Assembly: GCA_054600435.1 (NCBI GenBank)
Contig: BAAIJX010000025.1
Span: 186,001-250,000 of the forward strand
Origin: Neophaeotheca triangularis
Lineage: Eukaryota
Length of the DNA stretch: 64,000 bases
Reading direction: 5' to 3'
Part shown: positions 1 to 11,000 of the stretch, piece after piece
Layout of the letters: the number at the start of each line of letters is the position of its first letter
Position numbering within the stretch: position 1 is the stretch's first letter
Made by a program: the position numbers and the translations under genes
Notes under the pieces: model-generated
The model's input: the letters and a program-made list of their open reading frames with translations, nothing else
The model's database searches: none
Told to the model about the DNA's origin: nothing

Positions 1-2
1 AG

Positions 3-743
3 GAGGTCGAGACGCCTATGCTAAGTGCTTTACGTCGGGTGTTGCAAGCTTTTGCAATACATAATCCGGCGATCGGCTACTGCCAATCTTTGAACTTCAT
101 TGCCGGCCTCCTGCTGCTGTTCCTCGATCAAGATGAGGAAAAGGCGTTCATACTGCTGAAAATTGTCACATCCACCCACCTACCAGGAACGCACGGCGTC
201 GACCTGGCTGGCGCGAATGTGGACATAGCTGTCTTGATGACCTGCATTCAGGATACGATGCCTGTCGTCTGGGCAAAGCTTGACGACAAGGGAGGCGGCC
301 CGGCACCTTTCATCCCAGGGTCCCAAGCCACGAATCTCCCAACAATCAGCCTCGCTACTACAGCATGGTTCATGTCTCTCTTCGTTGGCACTTTGCCTAT
401 GGAGTCTGTTGTACGAGTTTGGGACTGCCTTTTCTTCGAAGGCAGCAAGACGCTCTTCCGCGTCGCGCTCGCTATTTTCAAACTCGGAGAGAAACAGATA
501 CTGAGCGTGAGCGACCCGATGGAAGTTTTTCAACTGGTGCAGACTATGCCAAAGAGCATACTCGACATCAACCCTTTGATGGAATTGTGCTTCCGCAGAC
601 GGGGAGGGTTTGCGCACGTGAGTCAGGAGCTCATTGAGAGGAGGAGGCGGGAACGAAAGGCGGACGCTGAACAGGCCGTTGCGTCTTTTGATGGGAGGGC
701 TAGCAGGTGGAAGGCGAGGCTCAGGGGCAGGACGAGGATTTGA
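3..743 (+). CDS. TBC-domain Rab GTPase-activating protein (Gyp3/Msb3-like), 5'-truncated by window edge
   Basis: Contains LRRVLQAFAIHNPAIGYCQSLNFIAG (TBC YxQ motif) and VVRVWDCLFFEGSKTLFRVALAIF. The frame is open from position 3. Confidence 0.9.
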   Translation, partial: EVETPMLSALRRVLQAFAIHNPAIGYCQSLNFIAGLLLLFLDQDEEKAFILLKIVTSTHLPGTHGVDLAGANVDIAVLMTCIQDTMPVVWAKLDDKGGGPAPFIPGSQATNLPTISLATTAWFMSLFVGTLPMESVVRVWDCLFFEGSKTLFRVALAIFKLGEKQILSVSDPMEVFQLVQTMPKSILDINPLMELCFRRRGGFAHVSQELIERRRRERKADAEQAVASFDGRASRWKARLRGRTRI

Positions 744-1023
744 AGCGGAGAGCATCAGGAATATCCAAAAACTTTACGTCAAACCGTCCTCACATAGCGA
801 ACCTTGGATGCAATACAGAATCAATTATACTACAATAGAATATCTTTGCAAACGCCCACGTTGAGCGCGTTCGAAGCATGTGACAGTTCAAAGAGAGCAT
901 GTGAAAGTCACCAAGGGTAAGGTATGCTTGGCGCTCCAGATCGTCGCACCCAACGTCATCCCAATGTCTGCTTCCACTTCTGCTTCCAAACAAACAGTAT
1001 GCCCGCCGGGCAACAACGGCACC

Positions 1024-2325
1024 ATGGCCCCGAAATACGAAAGTGAAGAGACAGAAGATAGACAGAAACCCCTGGTCATCCGAGCAAAGGTATGAAAACC
1101 CCACCACAAGACATTCACAACCAAACCACACTAACCAAACCCCTCAACCCAGGACACCGTCCTCCTGCCTGCCCGCCTCGCAGTCTCCAAACCCGCCCGC
1201 CGAGCCTATCTAACCACTTTCTTAATTCTCACAACCTCCACCATCCTTTTCGCCCTCGCAGTCGTCGCTTACACCCTCTTCTACTGGTCCTACATCCCTT
1301 ATATCGGGTTTGAACGCCCCATCCACTTGCAATACGACGACGTTTACACCGTCGATGCCTCGCGGACAGCGCATCCCTTTCCGTACGGCATAGCGGACAT
1401 TGGTACGGACATCATAAGCGCGCAGGAGTACGACGTCGGTATCGAGTTGCGACTGCCGCGGACGCCGGGGAACCGCGATGCGGGGAACTTCATGTTGGAA
1501 GCCACGCTGTATGCGCCTCACGAGAAGGGTAAAGGAGTTTTGGAGATTGTGAAAGACGGGCTTGCCCACGGGGAGCGGGAGCCTTCGACGAAAATGCTAG
1601 GGCGCTCGAGGAGGTCGGCGATGTTGACTTATCGGGCTGAGGTGACGGAGTATGTGTACCGATTCACGGAGCTACATTGGTATCTGTTAGGCTGGAGACA
1701 TGAGGCGGAAGTGCTGGATGTCAAGATGTTTGAGTCTGTGGAGTTTGCCAAAGGTTGGCGGAATGTTCCCGCCACTTTGATGGTGGAGGTGCAGAGTCAG
1801 CAGCGTCTGCAACTGTATGGGGCCAAGGCGGTCTTCAGAGCGAGGCTGAAGGGGTTGAGGTGGTTGATGTATAATTATCGGATCACGAGTTTCTTTGTGT
1901 TCGTGGGGGGCTTTTGGGCGACGGAGATGCTGTTCGCGGGACTGGCCTGGGGGGTGATTGCTCTCGTATTCACGACGTCGGAGCAGGAAGTCAAGGCGGA
2001 GAAGGTGCATGAGGTTGCGGAGCACGTCAAAGAGGAAAAAGAGGAAGACGACGTCAAGGCTGAGCTTTCGGATACCGAGAGGACTTTTCCAACTACAAGT
2101 CGGCAGCAGCCATTGCGATATCAGAGCCCCGTCATCAAGCAGGAGCATGGAGAGAGCGAAATCTTTGTACCGGATGTATCTACAAGGGCTACCGAAGCAG
2201 ACGACGAAGACGAGGAGGCAGACTTTGTTCTCGACTCTGGGCTTGGGACGAGCATGGAAAGTAGTGCTAGCAGAAGAGATAGCGTAAGGAAAAGACGAGG
2301 TCGCCTGTCAGAGCGGGATAGATAA
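1024..2325 (+). CDS. Seipin (lipid droplet biogenesis, Fld1/BSCL2 family); exons 1024-1089, 1153-2325
   Basis: Intron GTATGA..CTAAC..CAG (1090-1152) joins the exons in frame. First TM helix ends LFYWSYIP, followed by ELRLPRTPGNRDAGNFML and GLRWLMYNYRITSFFVFVGGFW (second TM) and an acidic tail. Confidence 0.85.
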
Positions 2326-2543
2326 ATCGAAGTTGCATTGATCCATGTTGAAGTGCCCCATTTTTGTCCATCTTTGGTAGGTTGAGGGTACCCTATCTGT
2401 TGAGGCAATCGGGTGCCGCCCACGCCGAAGCTAACGTGCTTCCCTTCCCCCACTCTCAAGACATCCCGCCCTCCAAGTCCAGAAGCTACACTCGCCAGCT
2501 CGCAAATTCACTCACTCCCTTTGTAACCCACAGGAGGCCGGCA

Positions 2544-3584
2544 TTAGAGAGAGTCCAGGTAAAGAAAAGTGTCGCCCACCGTGAACTCGCAAGGCTGATC
2601 ACACTCAAACCCTTTCTCGTCTAGTGTTGGATTGCGCTTACTGGAAGGCCTTGGGGAGGATATGGGAGCTTTCTGTTCGAGAAGTGGTGCCGGAAGGATC
2701 TGGGAAATATCCTGCCCAACCCAGCCAACGAACTTTCCTCCAGTTTTGGTCGCGAATCCACCCTCCACCGCGCACGAACGCATCTTCTTCAGCTCTGGAA
2801 CGTCCAGCTGCTTTAGGTAACTCTCAACGTATTGCCTTCGGCCTCTGCGTTGGCTGTTCATAGCTGCGAGGAGTGCTTCGATGGTCTCGCTCGGAACGTA
2901 GCCAAGACGGTCGGCATCAGGCGGCGAGATGACCTCAACACCGGCCGGCAAATCTAGAGTGAGACCGAGGAGTATGTTCCAGAACCAACGAGTGCGCGAC
3001 TTGACACAAGCCAATACGTCTTGATTCTCGGGAATAGGTCCCAGGCGCGTGCAGACTTGGATTGTACGGAGATTCGGAAGAGCTCGCGATATTGTACGGC
3101 CTATTTCCATCATGGCTTCGTTTTGGTCTTGACCGTTGCCGCGAGAAGAGGTGGTGATGATGAGGTGGAACATCGTCAGCGACTGCAAGATCGGTCCGAA
3201 TTTGGAGAGGGAGGAGACAAGGCGAGTGAGATACCAGTCTTTCCTTGGACGAAGATGGGCGTGGAGAGCTACTCGTTCGTGGCAATGTTTGGTGGTAGTC
3301 TGGTAGACTTGCTTGCACGTGCGGAGTAGGGCATTGTTAGGCATTTCAAGACACTTTGGGTTTGTCGTGGCGTTCACCAGAAGGGGGCGCTTGGGCGTGT
3401 ACAGCCCACCTAGGAGAGCGAACTGGGCAATCCTCAGCTGGAGTTCAACGGGAAGCTCGAGATATCTGAAGGGATTCTTGTTTCCATGCTTCTCGTTTCC
3501 TGTAGATGGTTCACTCGGGCGGGGGTCGACTGAAGTCTGCTTTCGAGGTGAGATTTGAGTCTCCCAGGCACGTCTTGGAGGCAT
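2544..3584 (-). CDS. Hypothetical protein with N-terminal F-box-like motif
   Basis: 346-aa ATG ORF. FRYLELPVELQLRIAQFAL and ALLRTCKQVY are typical of fungal F-box-like orphans. Confidence 0.6.
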   Translation of the reverse strand: MPPRRAWETQISPRKQTSVDPRPSEPSTGNEKHGNKNPFRYLELPVELQLRIAQFALLGGLYTPKRPLLVNATTNPKCLEMPNNALLRTCKQVYQTTTKHCHERVALHAHLRPRKDWYLTRLVSSLSKFGPILQSLTMFHLIITTSSRGNGQDQNEAMMEIGRTISRALPNLRTIQVCTRLGPIPENQDVLACVKSRTRWFWNILLGLTLDLPAGVEVISPPDADRLGYVPSETIEALLAAMNSQRRGRRQYVESYLKQLDVPELKKMRSCAVEGGFATKTGGKFVGWVGQDISQILPAPLLEQKAPISSPRPSSKRNPTLDEKGFECDQPCEFTVGDTFLYLDSL

Positions 3585-3625
3585 CGCGGACTCTTAACCA
3601 GAGGGACTCGACCAGGGATGGAGAG

Positions 3626-3656
3626 AGGTAAATCCAAGCCAAGGTAAATCCAAGCC
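3626..3656. repeat. Direct tandem repeat AGGTAAATCCAAGCC x2
   Basis: Identical 15-mers at 3626-3640 and 3642-3656, just upstream of the 3584 start codon. Confidence 0.8.
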
Positions 3657-4401
3657 TTGCTCTGAGAAGGGGAGGATGACATGAGATGCCGCTGTCAGTC
3701 GTTTGCTCTGGTACTTTGACATGTGAGTGAGAAATGGAGCCAAACACTCAAGGGTGTAGGCCGGGCAAAGGCAGTCATGTGCGGCCAAGCATTCCTTGGC
3801 GGTGCATCTCGCTCGTTCATATTGCCAAGGCTTCCTAGGAATAGCACTCCTAACTAACTTTACATCACTTGCCGGGGACACTTGGGCGATTAGGCTTGAC
3901 GATAGCTAAAGGCAGAGTCGGGCGCGCGCCAAGGGTTCATTCCGTGAGCCAAGTTTCCGGCCGCATTTGCTCCTATTTGCACGTAGTCTAAGCGCACGGC
4001 CATTGCTGGCTATTGTGTAGTAACCGTGGCGATCTTGGTTGGCTTGAATTACGGGCCCAGGAGGTAGGACAAGGGATGATTCGGGGACACTCGTCGGGAA
4101 GAACGGCTGCTCCGGGCGCGGCACAATTGGACAAGGGTGATGAGTGGCCTCAGGGCAATACACAGTAGAGGGCCCTGAGATGTGGCCATGTCAAACCGCT
4201 GAGATAACAGTTTCAAAGCCTCGGTGGACCTCGACGACTTGATATACATCGTCAGCCGCAGTAATTTGTGAAAGACGGCGAACAAAAAAATCAAAGTGAT
4301 GACCTAGTGCAAGATAAGGGAGCATTTCTTACCATCTAATGTTTGTGTGTTCGTCCTCAAATCGCGCCGTTCACTTCTTCAAGCGCTGAATAATTTCACA
4401 C

Positions 4402-5535
4402 TCATTTGAGCCCAACCCAACTCAGCCAGCCACTGCTACCCTGCTTTCCAAGGCTCTGACCGTCAACCGAGGCCTCTGAGGGCCGGGACACGCCACCGGC
4501 TTGGATCATTTTTTGACCAGGTTTGAGTTCGATGATGGACGTAGTCCCGAAGTGACGTCTCTTCTCCTTGACTACCTCCAGTCCCGTCCTCGCTGCGGCC
4601 TCATCCACGATATCGCCGATTTCTCGATTGAACCAGCAGCCATGTATCTCGGCATGCTTTTCCGCCGAGCTGTCGAGCGCCCGGTTCAACCAATCGCGTG
4701 AACTACGGCCATGCTCGAGCAATAGAATGCGTGCCTTTGGGTTGGAAGCATCAAGATGGGCAGCGAGATTCACCAGGAGGGCTGCAGGATCAGGGGTCGA
4801 GCAAAGCCCCATGGTCTGGATAATGGTATCATACTTCTTGCCGGCCTTGTCAGCGGGCGCCAATGGCATCGGACCCAGAGCAGAGCCCGTCAGAAAGCGA
4901 ATGCTCAATCCAGGTTTGAAATTGCTCCGGCTAACGTCCGCCTGATGCGCTTTGATCGCATTCCCATGCAGCGCGTCCCATTTCTTCTTGCACAGCTCCA
5001 CCATGGTCGGGCTCAAATCGACAAACGTCAAACTGTCTACGTCGGCTCCTTTGCTGATGTCGTAGTAGCCCAAGTTCCTACCAGTCCCACAACTCGCTTC
5101 CAGGACATGGCCGCTACACTGCTTGGCTAATTTTTTGCGGATGCCGTTAATGCCCATGAGGAATTCCGAAAATCCAACTTCGCTATCAAAGTTGTCGGCT
5201 ATCTCTTCGTAGCGGGAGGAGACATCCTTTTGACGGTCGAGTTTTGCGACATCAGGATTATTGCAGGGTTGATTGAGCGCCTGGAAGATTCGCACGAGGT
5301 AGAAACTCATCCCCCCGGCGAACAGGGACGCTACGATCCATGGGAAAGCTCGACCTCCGTGCGGAGCCCATTTTGGGAGGCCATGTTCCTCTTTTGGACC
5401 GACTTTCGGGTCGGTCGGTTTATTTTGTAGTGGACTTTGAGATTGGACGAATGGTTGGCGGAAAGTCGCTTCTCTCGGGCGAGTCTTTGGGATGACCCTG
5501 GCGACGCTTCTCCCTGTAGTTTTGGCTCGTGACAT
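4402..5535 (-). CDS. OMS1: Mitochondrial SAM-dependent methyltransferase OMS1-like
   Basis: Basic N-terminus and one TM segment, then VLEASCGTGRN (SAM motif I), YDTIIQTMGLCS, LLLEHGRS and HGCWFNR. Confidence 0.8.
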   Translation of the reverse strand: MSRAKTTGRSVARVIPKTRPREATFRQPFVQSQSPLQNKPTDPKVGPKEEHGLPKWAPHGGRAFPWIVASLFAGGMSFYLVRIFQALNQPCNNPDVAKLDRQKDVSSRYEEIADNFDSEVGFSEFLMGINGIRKKLAKQCSGHVLEASCGTGRNLGYYDISKGADVDSLTFVDLSPTMVELCKKKWDALHGNAIKAHQADVSRSNFKPGLSIRFLTGSALGPMPLAPADKAGKKYDTIIQTMGLCSTPDPAALLVNLAAHLDASNPKARILLLEHGRSSRDWLNRALDSSAEKHAEIHGCWFNREIGDIVDEAAARTGLEVVKEKRRHFGTTSIIELKPGQKMIQAGGVSRPSEASVDGQSLGKQGSSGWLSWVGLK

Positions 5536-5947
5536 GAGCTGGCTACGAGCAAGAGCAGCGCTTGTTTCAGGACACGAGGTTGCAGTCGATGGTTTCTAGA
5601 GAGAAATGAACGGCAAAAGAAGGGATGAAGTCGGAGCTGTCCGCAAGTCGATGCGGCCTCGGCGACCCCAGACGACGAAACCTTGCTCAGCGATTTCTTG
5701 GCCAAGGTACTGTACCATATTGCGCGCGCCCTTTGCTGAACATGTTCATCGCACTATATCCAAGCGAAGGCGGATCGCTTGTCAATCTGCAATACAAATA
5801 CGTAGGTGTACGTTCCATCTCCCTGCTCCTTCTTCGTGCATTTTCTCACTGGACTTCCATTGGCTTCAACAGCCCAAGGAAACACATACAAAGCCTACAT
5901 CTTAGCGGACGGACATTGTACATACAAGCAAGAAAGAGCATACAATC

Positions 5948-7351
5948 ATGGCCACCCAAACACCCTCCTCGATCCTCATCCTAGGCTCCGGCGTCTTCGG
6001 CCTCTCAACCGCGCATAGTCTGGCAACCCGCCCCGAGTACGCCAACAGCCAAATCACCCTACTCGACCGCTCAACAATCCCAGCCCCAGATGCGGCAAGC
6101 GTAGACAGCAGCCGCATCATTCGTGCTGACTACGCCGACTATGCTTACGCCTCCCTCATGACCGAGGCCGCCAAACACTGGCGCGGCGAGTTCGGCGCCG
6201 AGGGACGTTACGACGAGTCGGGCTTGTGCATCACCATCGAGGACGCCGGTGGGGATGAGGGAGGAGGTAGGGCGTACATGCGTAAATCGCTGGAAAATGT
6301 GCGTCGGCTTGGGCTGAAGGTCGGAGGGGTGGAGGAGGGGAGGAGAAAGGATGGGAGCGCCCAAGTCAGCGTACTGGACGGGCAGGAGGATGTCCGGAGC
6401 GCTTTACCGGGGTGGAGAGGCATTGGCGGTAGCAGGGGGTATGTGAACTGGACGTCCGGGTGGGCGGACGCGGAAGCCGGAATGAAGCACATGCGGCGCA
6501 AAGTGGAAGCGACAGGGCGAGTGGACTTCCGGCGCGCAGAAGTCGCCCGCCTAATCTACGCCACCGACCGCGTCGAAGCCGTCGAGCTCACTTCGGGCGA
6601 GCGCCTAACCGCCGACCTCATCGTCCTCGCCACCGGCGCCTGGACCCCCAAATTCCTCGACATGCGCGGCATAGCCTCAACCACCGGCCAGGTCCTCTGC
6701 TACACCGACATCACCGACACCGAACAGGCCCAACTCCGCCAAAACCCCGTCCTACTAAACGAAAGCACAGGCATGTTCATCATCCCGCCCGCGCACAACG
6801 TCCTCAAAGTCGCCCGCCACGGCTACGGCTACGCCAACCCAACCAAAATCCCGCACCCGGAAAACCCCGGTGGAGAAGAAATCACAGTCTCGCTCCCCTG
6901 GACCCACCTCGACGACCCGGCCCTCGCGATCCCCGTCGAAGGCGACCGCGCCTGCCGCGCCTTTTTGCAAACCTGCATAGCCTCGGACCCCGCCTTGCAG
7001 GACCTGGCGACGCGCCCCTGGTCCCACACGCGCATTTGCTACTACTCCGATACGCCCTCGGGAGACTGGGTCGTCTCTTATCACCCGCGGTACCGGAATT
7101 TGTTCGTCACGGCGGGCGGCTCGGGGCACGCGTACAAGTTTTTGCCCGTGGTTGGGGAGAGGATTGTCGACGTTATGAGGGGCGAGGCGAGGGATGGGTT
7201 GGGGAGGACGCTGGAGGACAAGTGGCGCTGGCCGGAAGCGAGGGTGCGGGAGGATCATATTTGGACTGGGGATTGGAGGGGTGGGCGGAAGTACATGGTT
7301 TTGAAGGAAGAGTTGGCGAGGGGAAGACGCGATGGTGAGGCGAAGATGTGA
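5948..7351 (+). CDS. FAD-dependent oxidase, sarcosine/pipecolate/fructosyl-amino-acid oxidase family, probably peroxisomal
   Basis: ILILGSGVFGLSTA (GxGxxG), ASVDSSRIIRADY, RICYYSDTP (covalent-FAD Cys region), GGSGHAYKFLPVVG, and C-terminal AKM (PTS1 variant). Confidence 0.88.
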   Translation: MATQTPSSILILGSGVFGLSTAHSLATRPEYANSQITLLDRSTIPAPDAASVDSSRIIRADYADYAYASLMTEAAKHWRGEFGAEGRYDESGLCITIEDAGGDEGGGRAYMRKSLENVRRLGLKVGGVEEGRRKDGSAQVSVLDGQEDVRSALPGWRGIGGSRGYVNWTSGWADAEAGMKHMRRKVEATGRVDFRRAEVARLIYATDRVEAVELTSGERLTADLIVLATGAWTPKFLDMRGIASTTGQVLCYTDITDTEQAQLRQNPVLLNESTGMFIIPPAHNVLKVARHGYGYANPTKIPHPENPGGEEITVSLPWTHLDDPALAIPVEGDRACRAFLQTCIASDPALQDLATRPWSHTRICYYSDTPSGDWVVSYHPRYRNLFVTAGGSGHAYKFLPVVGERIVDVMRGEARDGLGRTLEDKWRWPEARVREDHIWTGDWRGGRKYMVLKEELARGRRDGEAKM

Positions 7352-7950
7352 GGGGTTTGTGGCGAGTGTTGAGGCTTCTTGTGGAAAGGGGGTTTGTTGT
7401 TGCTCGGGCCGTATTTTACTGGGGCTTTGGTTGGGGTGGAGTATCAGAAGATGGGTCAATGTGTTGGATAGATACCAAAGAATTGAGAATTCAGAAGGCA
7501 ATGAGGCCCTTGGGTGTGCTAGTAGGGCATCAATCTTAAATCATCAGTAAATCAGAATGTCGCGAATGTGCGTGAGTGAAAGCACGCGAGCACCGAATGT
7601 TGGAACAGAATCTTCGCCCATCGACAAGGACAGCCCCAGGCCGCCACAAGCGAGTAGAGGAGATTAAAGTACAAGCTGTATATATACAAGAGCGTTTCAT
7701 GCCACTCGCGAGCTCGCGCTCAAACAGTAATAGCAGTCTTTCATCATCAAGATGTTCGGCCGTGTCCCAAAAAGTTCCTACGAGTACATTCGTTTGCTTT
7801 TTTCGCCAGAATTCGAAACACTTTATTGGTCAGTCTTTTGGTGTCAGAGGGTTATCTCTAGCTTTCTAGCCAGCGAGAGATGTCAAAAAAGATGTAAGAG
7901 GAGGATACGAAAGTGAATTTGGTCTCCAGCCAATCCCGCATGTTCCAAGT

Positions 7951-9334
7951 CTAGTCAAACATGTCGTCCAAGTCGCCCAGCTCAACATTTTCCGGACTGA
8001 GGAGGGGATCATCGAAACAATCATCGTCTGTTTGCGGCTCTTTGGAACGGGTACGAGGGGCGTCGAGGTCGATGTGATCCATGATGACGTCCTGGCTGTC
8101 GACGTGAACGCGCATACCCTCCTGGGGCGCAATCATCGGACTGGTGAAATCCATGGCGTTGGTAGAGGGTTCCATCCCGCCTGAATGCCCGAAAAGCGAC
8201 GCGGCAAACTCTTTGTTTCTCAAAGCGGCGTGCTCTTCGCTCTCTGTCTCCACCGACATTGCCACGCTCCCATCATTCTCGGCTCCTGATTCAACCTCCC
8301 GTCGCTCGACTTTGACGGCTTGTCCGAGCTCACCGCTGCGACGTTGCTGGTATTGCTCGTGTAGTGCGTTGGCCGTTTGCTTGAAGTCCTTCTCTTCGTG
8401 TTCTAATTGTGGGCTAACCGCGCGTCTGTTATGCGCAAGGTTGCTGAGGGCGCCTGGATGCTCACGGGATATAGAGTTCCGAGCGGAGAAGGAGCTGGCT
8501 CTCGTGGGTTCTGAATCAGCCTCCTGTTCGTCTTCTAGTTCGGGGGAGGATAAGTCGACTTCTGGTGAGGGTGAAAGCGCAGTACGAGCTCTGGTAAGGT
8601 GGGTTTCCTCTTCATCTGCCGCGGACGCCGAGGAGATTGAAGGTGAAATGATACGGGCAGGTTTCAAAACGGGTTCTGGAACTTCTGGAATCGCTTGGTG
8701 TGGACTGGTTGTGAGGTAGAAATACAAGCGTCTGGGGTGGACGGGTGAGAGGTCTTTTGCCAAAGGACAAGGGCCGACGGCGGGCCACGGTCGGTTGAGG
8801 TAAGCTGTGAGTCGGGAAGATATTAGGGCAGAGGGGTTCGCAGATCTGGGCGAGCATGTTAGTATCGCATCATCGACGAGGAGGGATCGAGGTGGTGTAT
8901 TACCTCTCAATCATGTTGACTGTAGGGGCCAGGGCAGCAGCAAGCTCCTTGACGAGATGCGGCCTGTTGCCTGTTTTCTCCAACTGTTGAATGGCAGCGA
9001 CGACAATGCCATCGTTGATTCCCTCGGTATCAATCTTGCTCGCGCCTTCCCTGCCTGGGCTGGGTGGAGGGGACAGCTCAGCAGCGCGCGACGCGGGCGT
9101 TGGCTTCTCTTCCTTGATCCGTATTGTTGGTGTTGATGTTGTCCGTGGTGGGCTCATGGATGCCGGAGACGGAGCTCCAGATGCATGCGAGCGCTTCGAC
9201 TTCTTGACCGGAGGCTCGTCCCCTTCTGCGATGGTGCTGGGCGGTGATGGATGGGAGATGGCACGCGAGCGTTTCGGGACGGTGATGCCAAGCTCAGATA
9301 GGGAGAGCGACTTGCGCCTTGTGTTGTAGGGCAT
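7951..9334 (-). CDS. GDS1-like winged-helix protein; exons 9334-8904, 8845-7951
   Basis: MPYNTRRKSLSLSELGI..QLEKTGNRPHLVKELA is joined through a 58-nt intron (GTAATA..CTAAC..CAG) to SANPSALISSRL..HPRRLYFYLTT. Ends LLSPENVELGDLDDMFD. Confidence 0.75.
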
Positions 9335-9774
9335 GATTTGTCGCGGTGAGTTAGGTATGGTCGGTCGAGAGGGAGAGGTTTGTTTGTGTTAGGTTCGGGG
9401 TCGACGCGTTGTCAAAAGACGGTCGTCAGTCGATGGTGTGGCAGGGCAACAAGGAACAAAGTCGCAAAGGCAGCAGCTACCTTGACCTTGGACGGAGGAC
9501 AGGGCGAAAAAAGGCTGGCAGGGCTAAGCTGCAGCTACAGTATATTCAACTATGTTGACGGTCAGACAAGAATGCTGGCACAAGAAGAATTGAACGGGCG
9601 TGGTCCAAGGGATTGGTCGGTCGGTCGGCGACGTTGCGACCTTGCATATGCTGGCTGCAGAACCAAGGCAAGGTGAGAGAAAGGCGAGGACGAATGGTGG
9701 TGGGGCGGTATGATGTGTGATGTGTGATGTGTCGTCGTCGGTCGGTGTCGTGGCGAAAAGAAGGGGAGAATGGT

Positions 9775-9906
9775 GGTTGTTGTTGTTGTTGTTGTTGCTA
9801 TTGTCGTCGTCGTCGTCGTCGCCTCCTGTCGTCGAGTGGTGTTTGTGTGTTTGAGGTGTGGGTAGGCGTCAGCGTCGTGTAAGGTAAGGTAAGGTAAGGT
9901 AAGGTA
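9775..9906. repeat. Compound microsatellites (GTT)n, (GTC)n, (GTAAG)n
   Basis: Directly visible upstream of the GDS1-like gene. Confidence 0.9.
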
Positions 9907-10211
9907 ATAGTAAGAAGTAGTGGGAATTATTATTGATTGCCCTCAGGAGACGGGAGGCGGCGGGCACTACCAGCACCGGCGGCCGCTGGCTAGGATCTCT
10001 ACTAGTAGGTGGTCTCGGTGGTGAGTCTGACGGGACCGTTTGCTGCAGCCTGCGTCAGTCTTGGCCCCACGCCATTTTATTATTCTTTCCAACCTTATAC
10101 GTGACGTACTACCTTTTATTATCACATTATTCAATACCTTATTATTCGCGTTTGATTTTCTAGCGGCTTTGCAGTAGTGCCTTGCCGTCGGATGAAAACC
10201 CCCGCTGCACG

Positions 10212-10279
10212 CTACTACTACTACTACCTACTATTACTACTACTATTATTACTACTACTACTACTACTACTACTACTAT
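10212..10279. repeat. Imperfect (CTA/TTA)n trinucleotide microsatellite
   Basis: Directly visible: ctactactac...tattattactactacta... Confidence 0.9.
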
Positions 10280-11000
10280 GTCTCTGGCTGTTGCAGCATT
10301 TCTCGGCAGCATCAACTAACTCTTCATTCCTACTGTCGTCTTGCAGCGGCATTGGAATGTAATGCCACCTCTTGCCAAGCATCGTGAGTCGACTCTCCAC
10401 GACATATACGCTCCTTTATAGAGGAAAGACCAGTCTTTCGAAGCAGGATTACGTCCCCTCCACCAAAGACCAAAGACAAGGCATCTCCCATCTACTTGTA
10501 ACACCACGGCAATACGTGCACGGTATGTATCAACAGAAAGCCGTCTTGTCAACCCTGCACATCCTCATGGCCTCAGAGCGAATATCGCGCAATTCGCCGC
10601 CGCCATCAGACTACCAATTGGCTGAGGACACGTAAAGGGGCATCGCCGCCATTCGAGAAGAATAGGTAGGGTCTGAAAGCTGTCAATCGAGTTTCCTCTT
10701 TGTCTCGGGTAGTGGTCATTGAGCCTCAAACAGCCGACTCGTCAAAGCGACTGAAAGCGGTCTTTGATGAAAACGGAAAGCCAGCAGTCTTTGGGCGCCC
10801 AAGCCAGCAGTCTATTGATGCACCCAACCTTTGAAAACCATGATATACTCTCTCGAGTTCCAAGATCATCCTCACCTTCCTATTATCCGCATACCCGTAG
10901 TATCATTAATATCACCGTCCCCCAAGGACTCTCAGCAATTCCACATCCTTCACCCCTATCACCCCTTAATCCAAAAAAGACAAGCCCCAAAAGCCCAATC

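Noticed and set aside
10177..10362. 61-aa ORF with a poly-Tyr/poly-Leu 'signal peptide'
   Set aside because: It is the translation of the (CTA)n microsatellite, with a GTG start and no coding signal.
10764..11000. 79-aa N-terminal extension of the repeat precursor in the ORF track
   Set aside because: Coding-type codon bias and the signal peptide begin at ATG 11001. The upstream part looks like promoter or 5' UTR.
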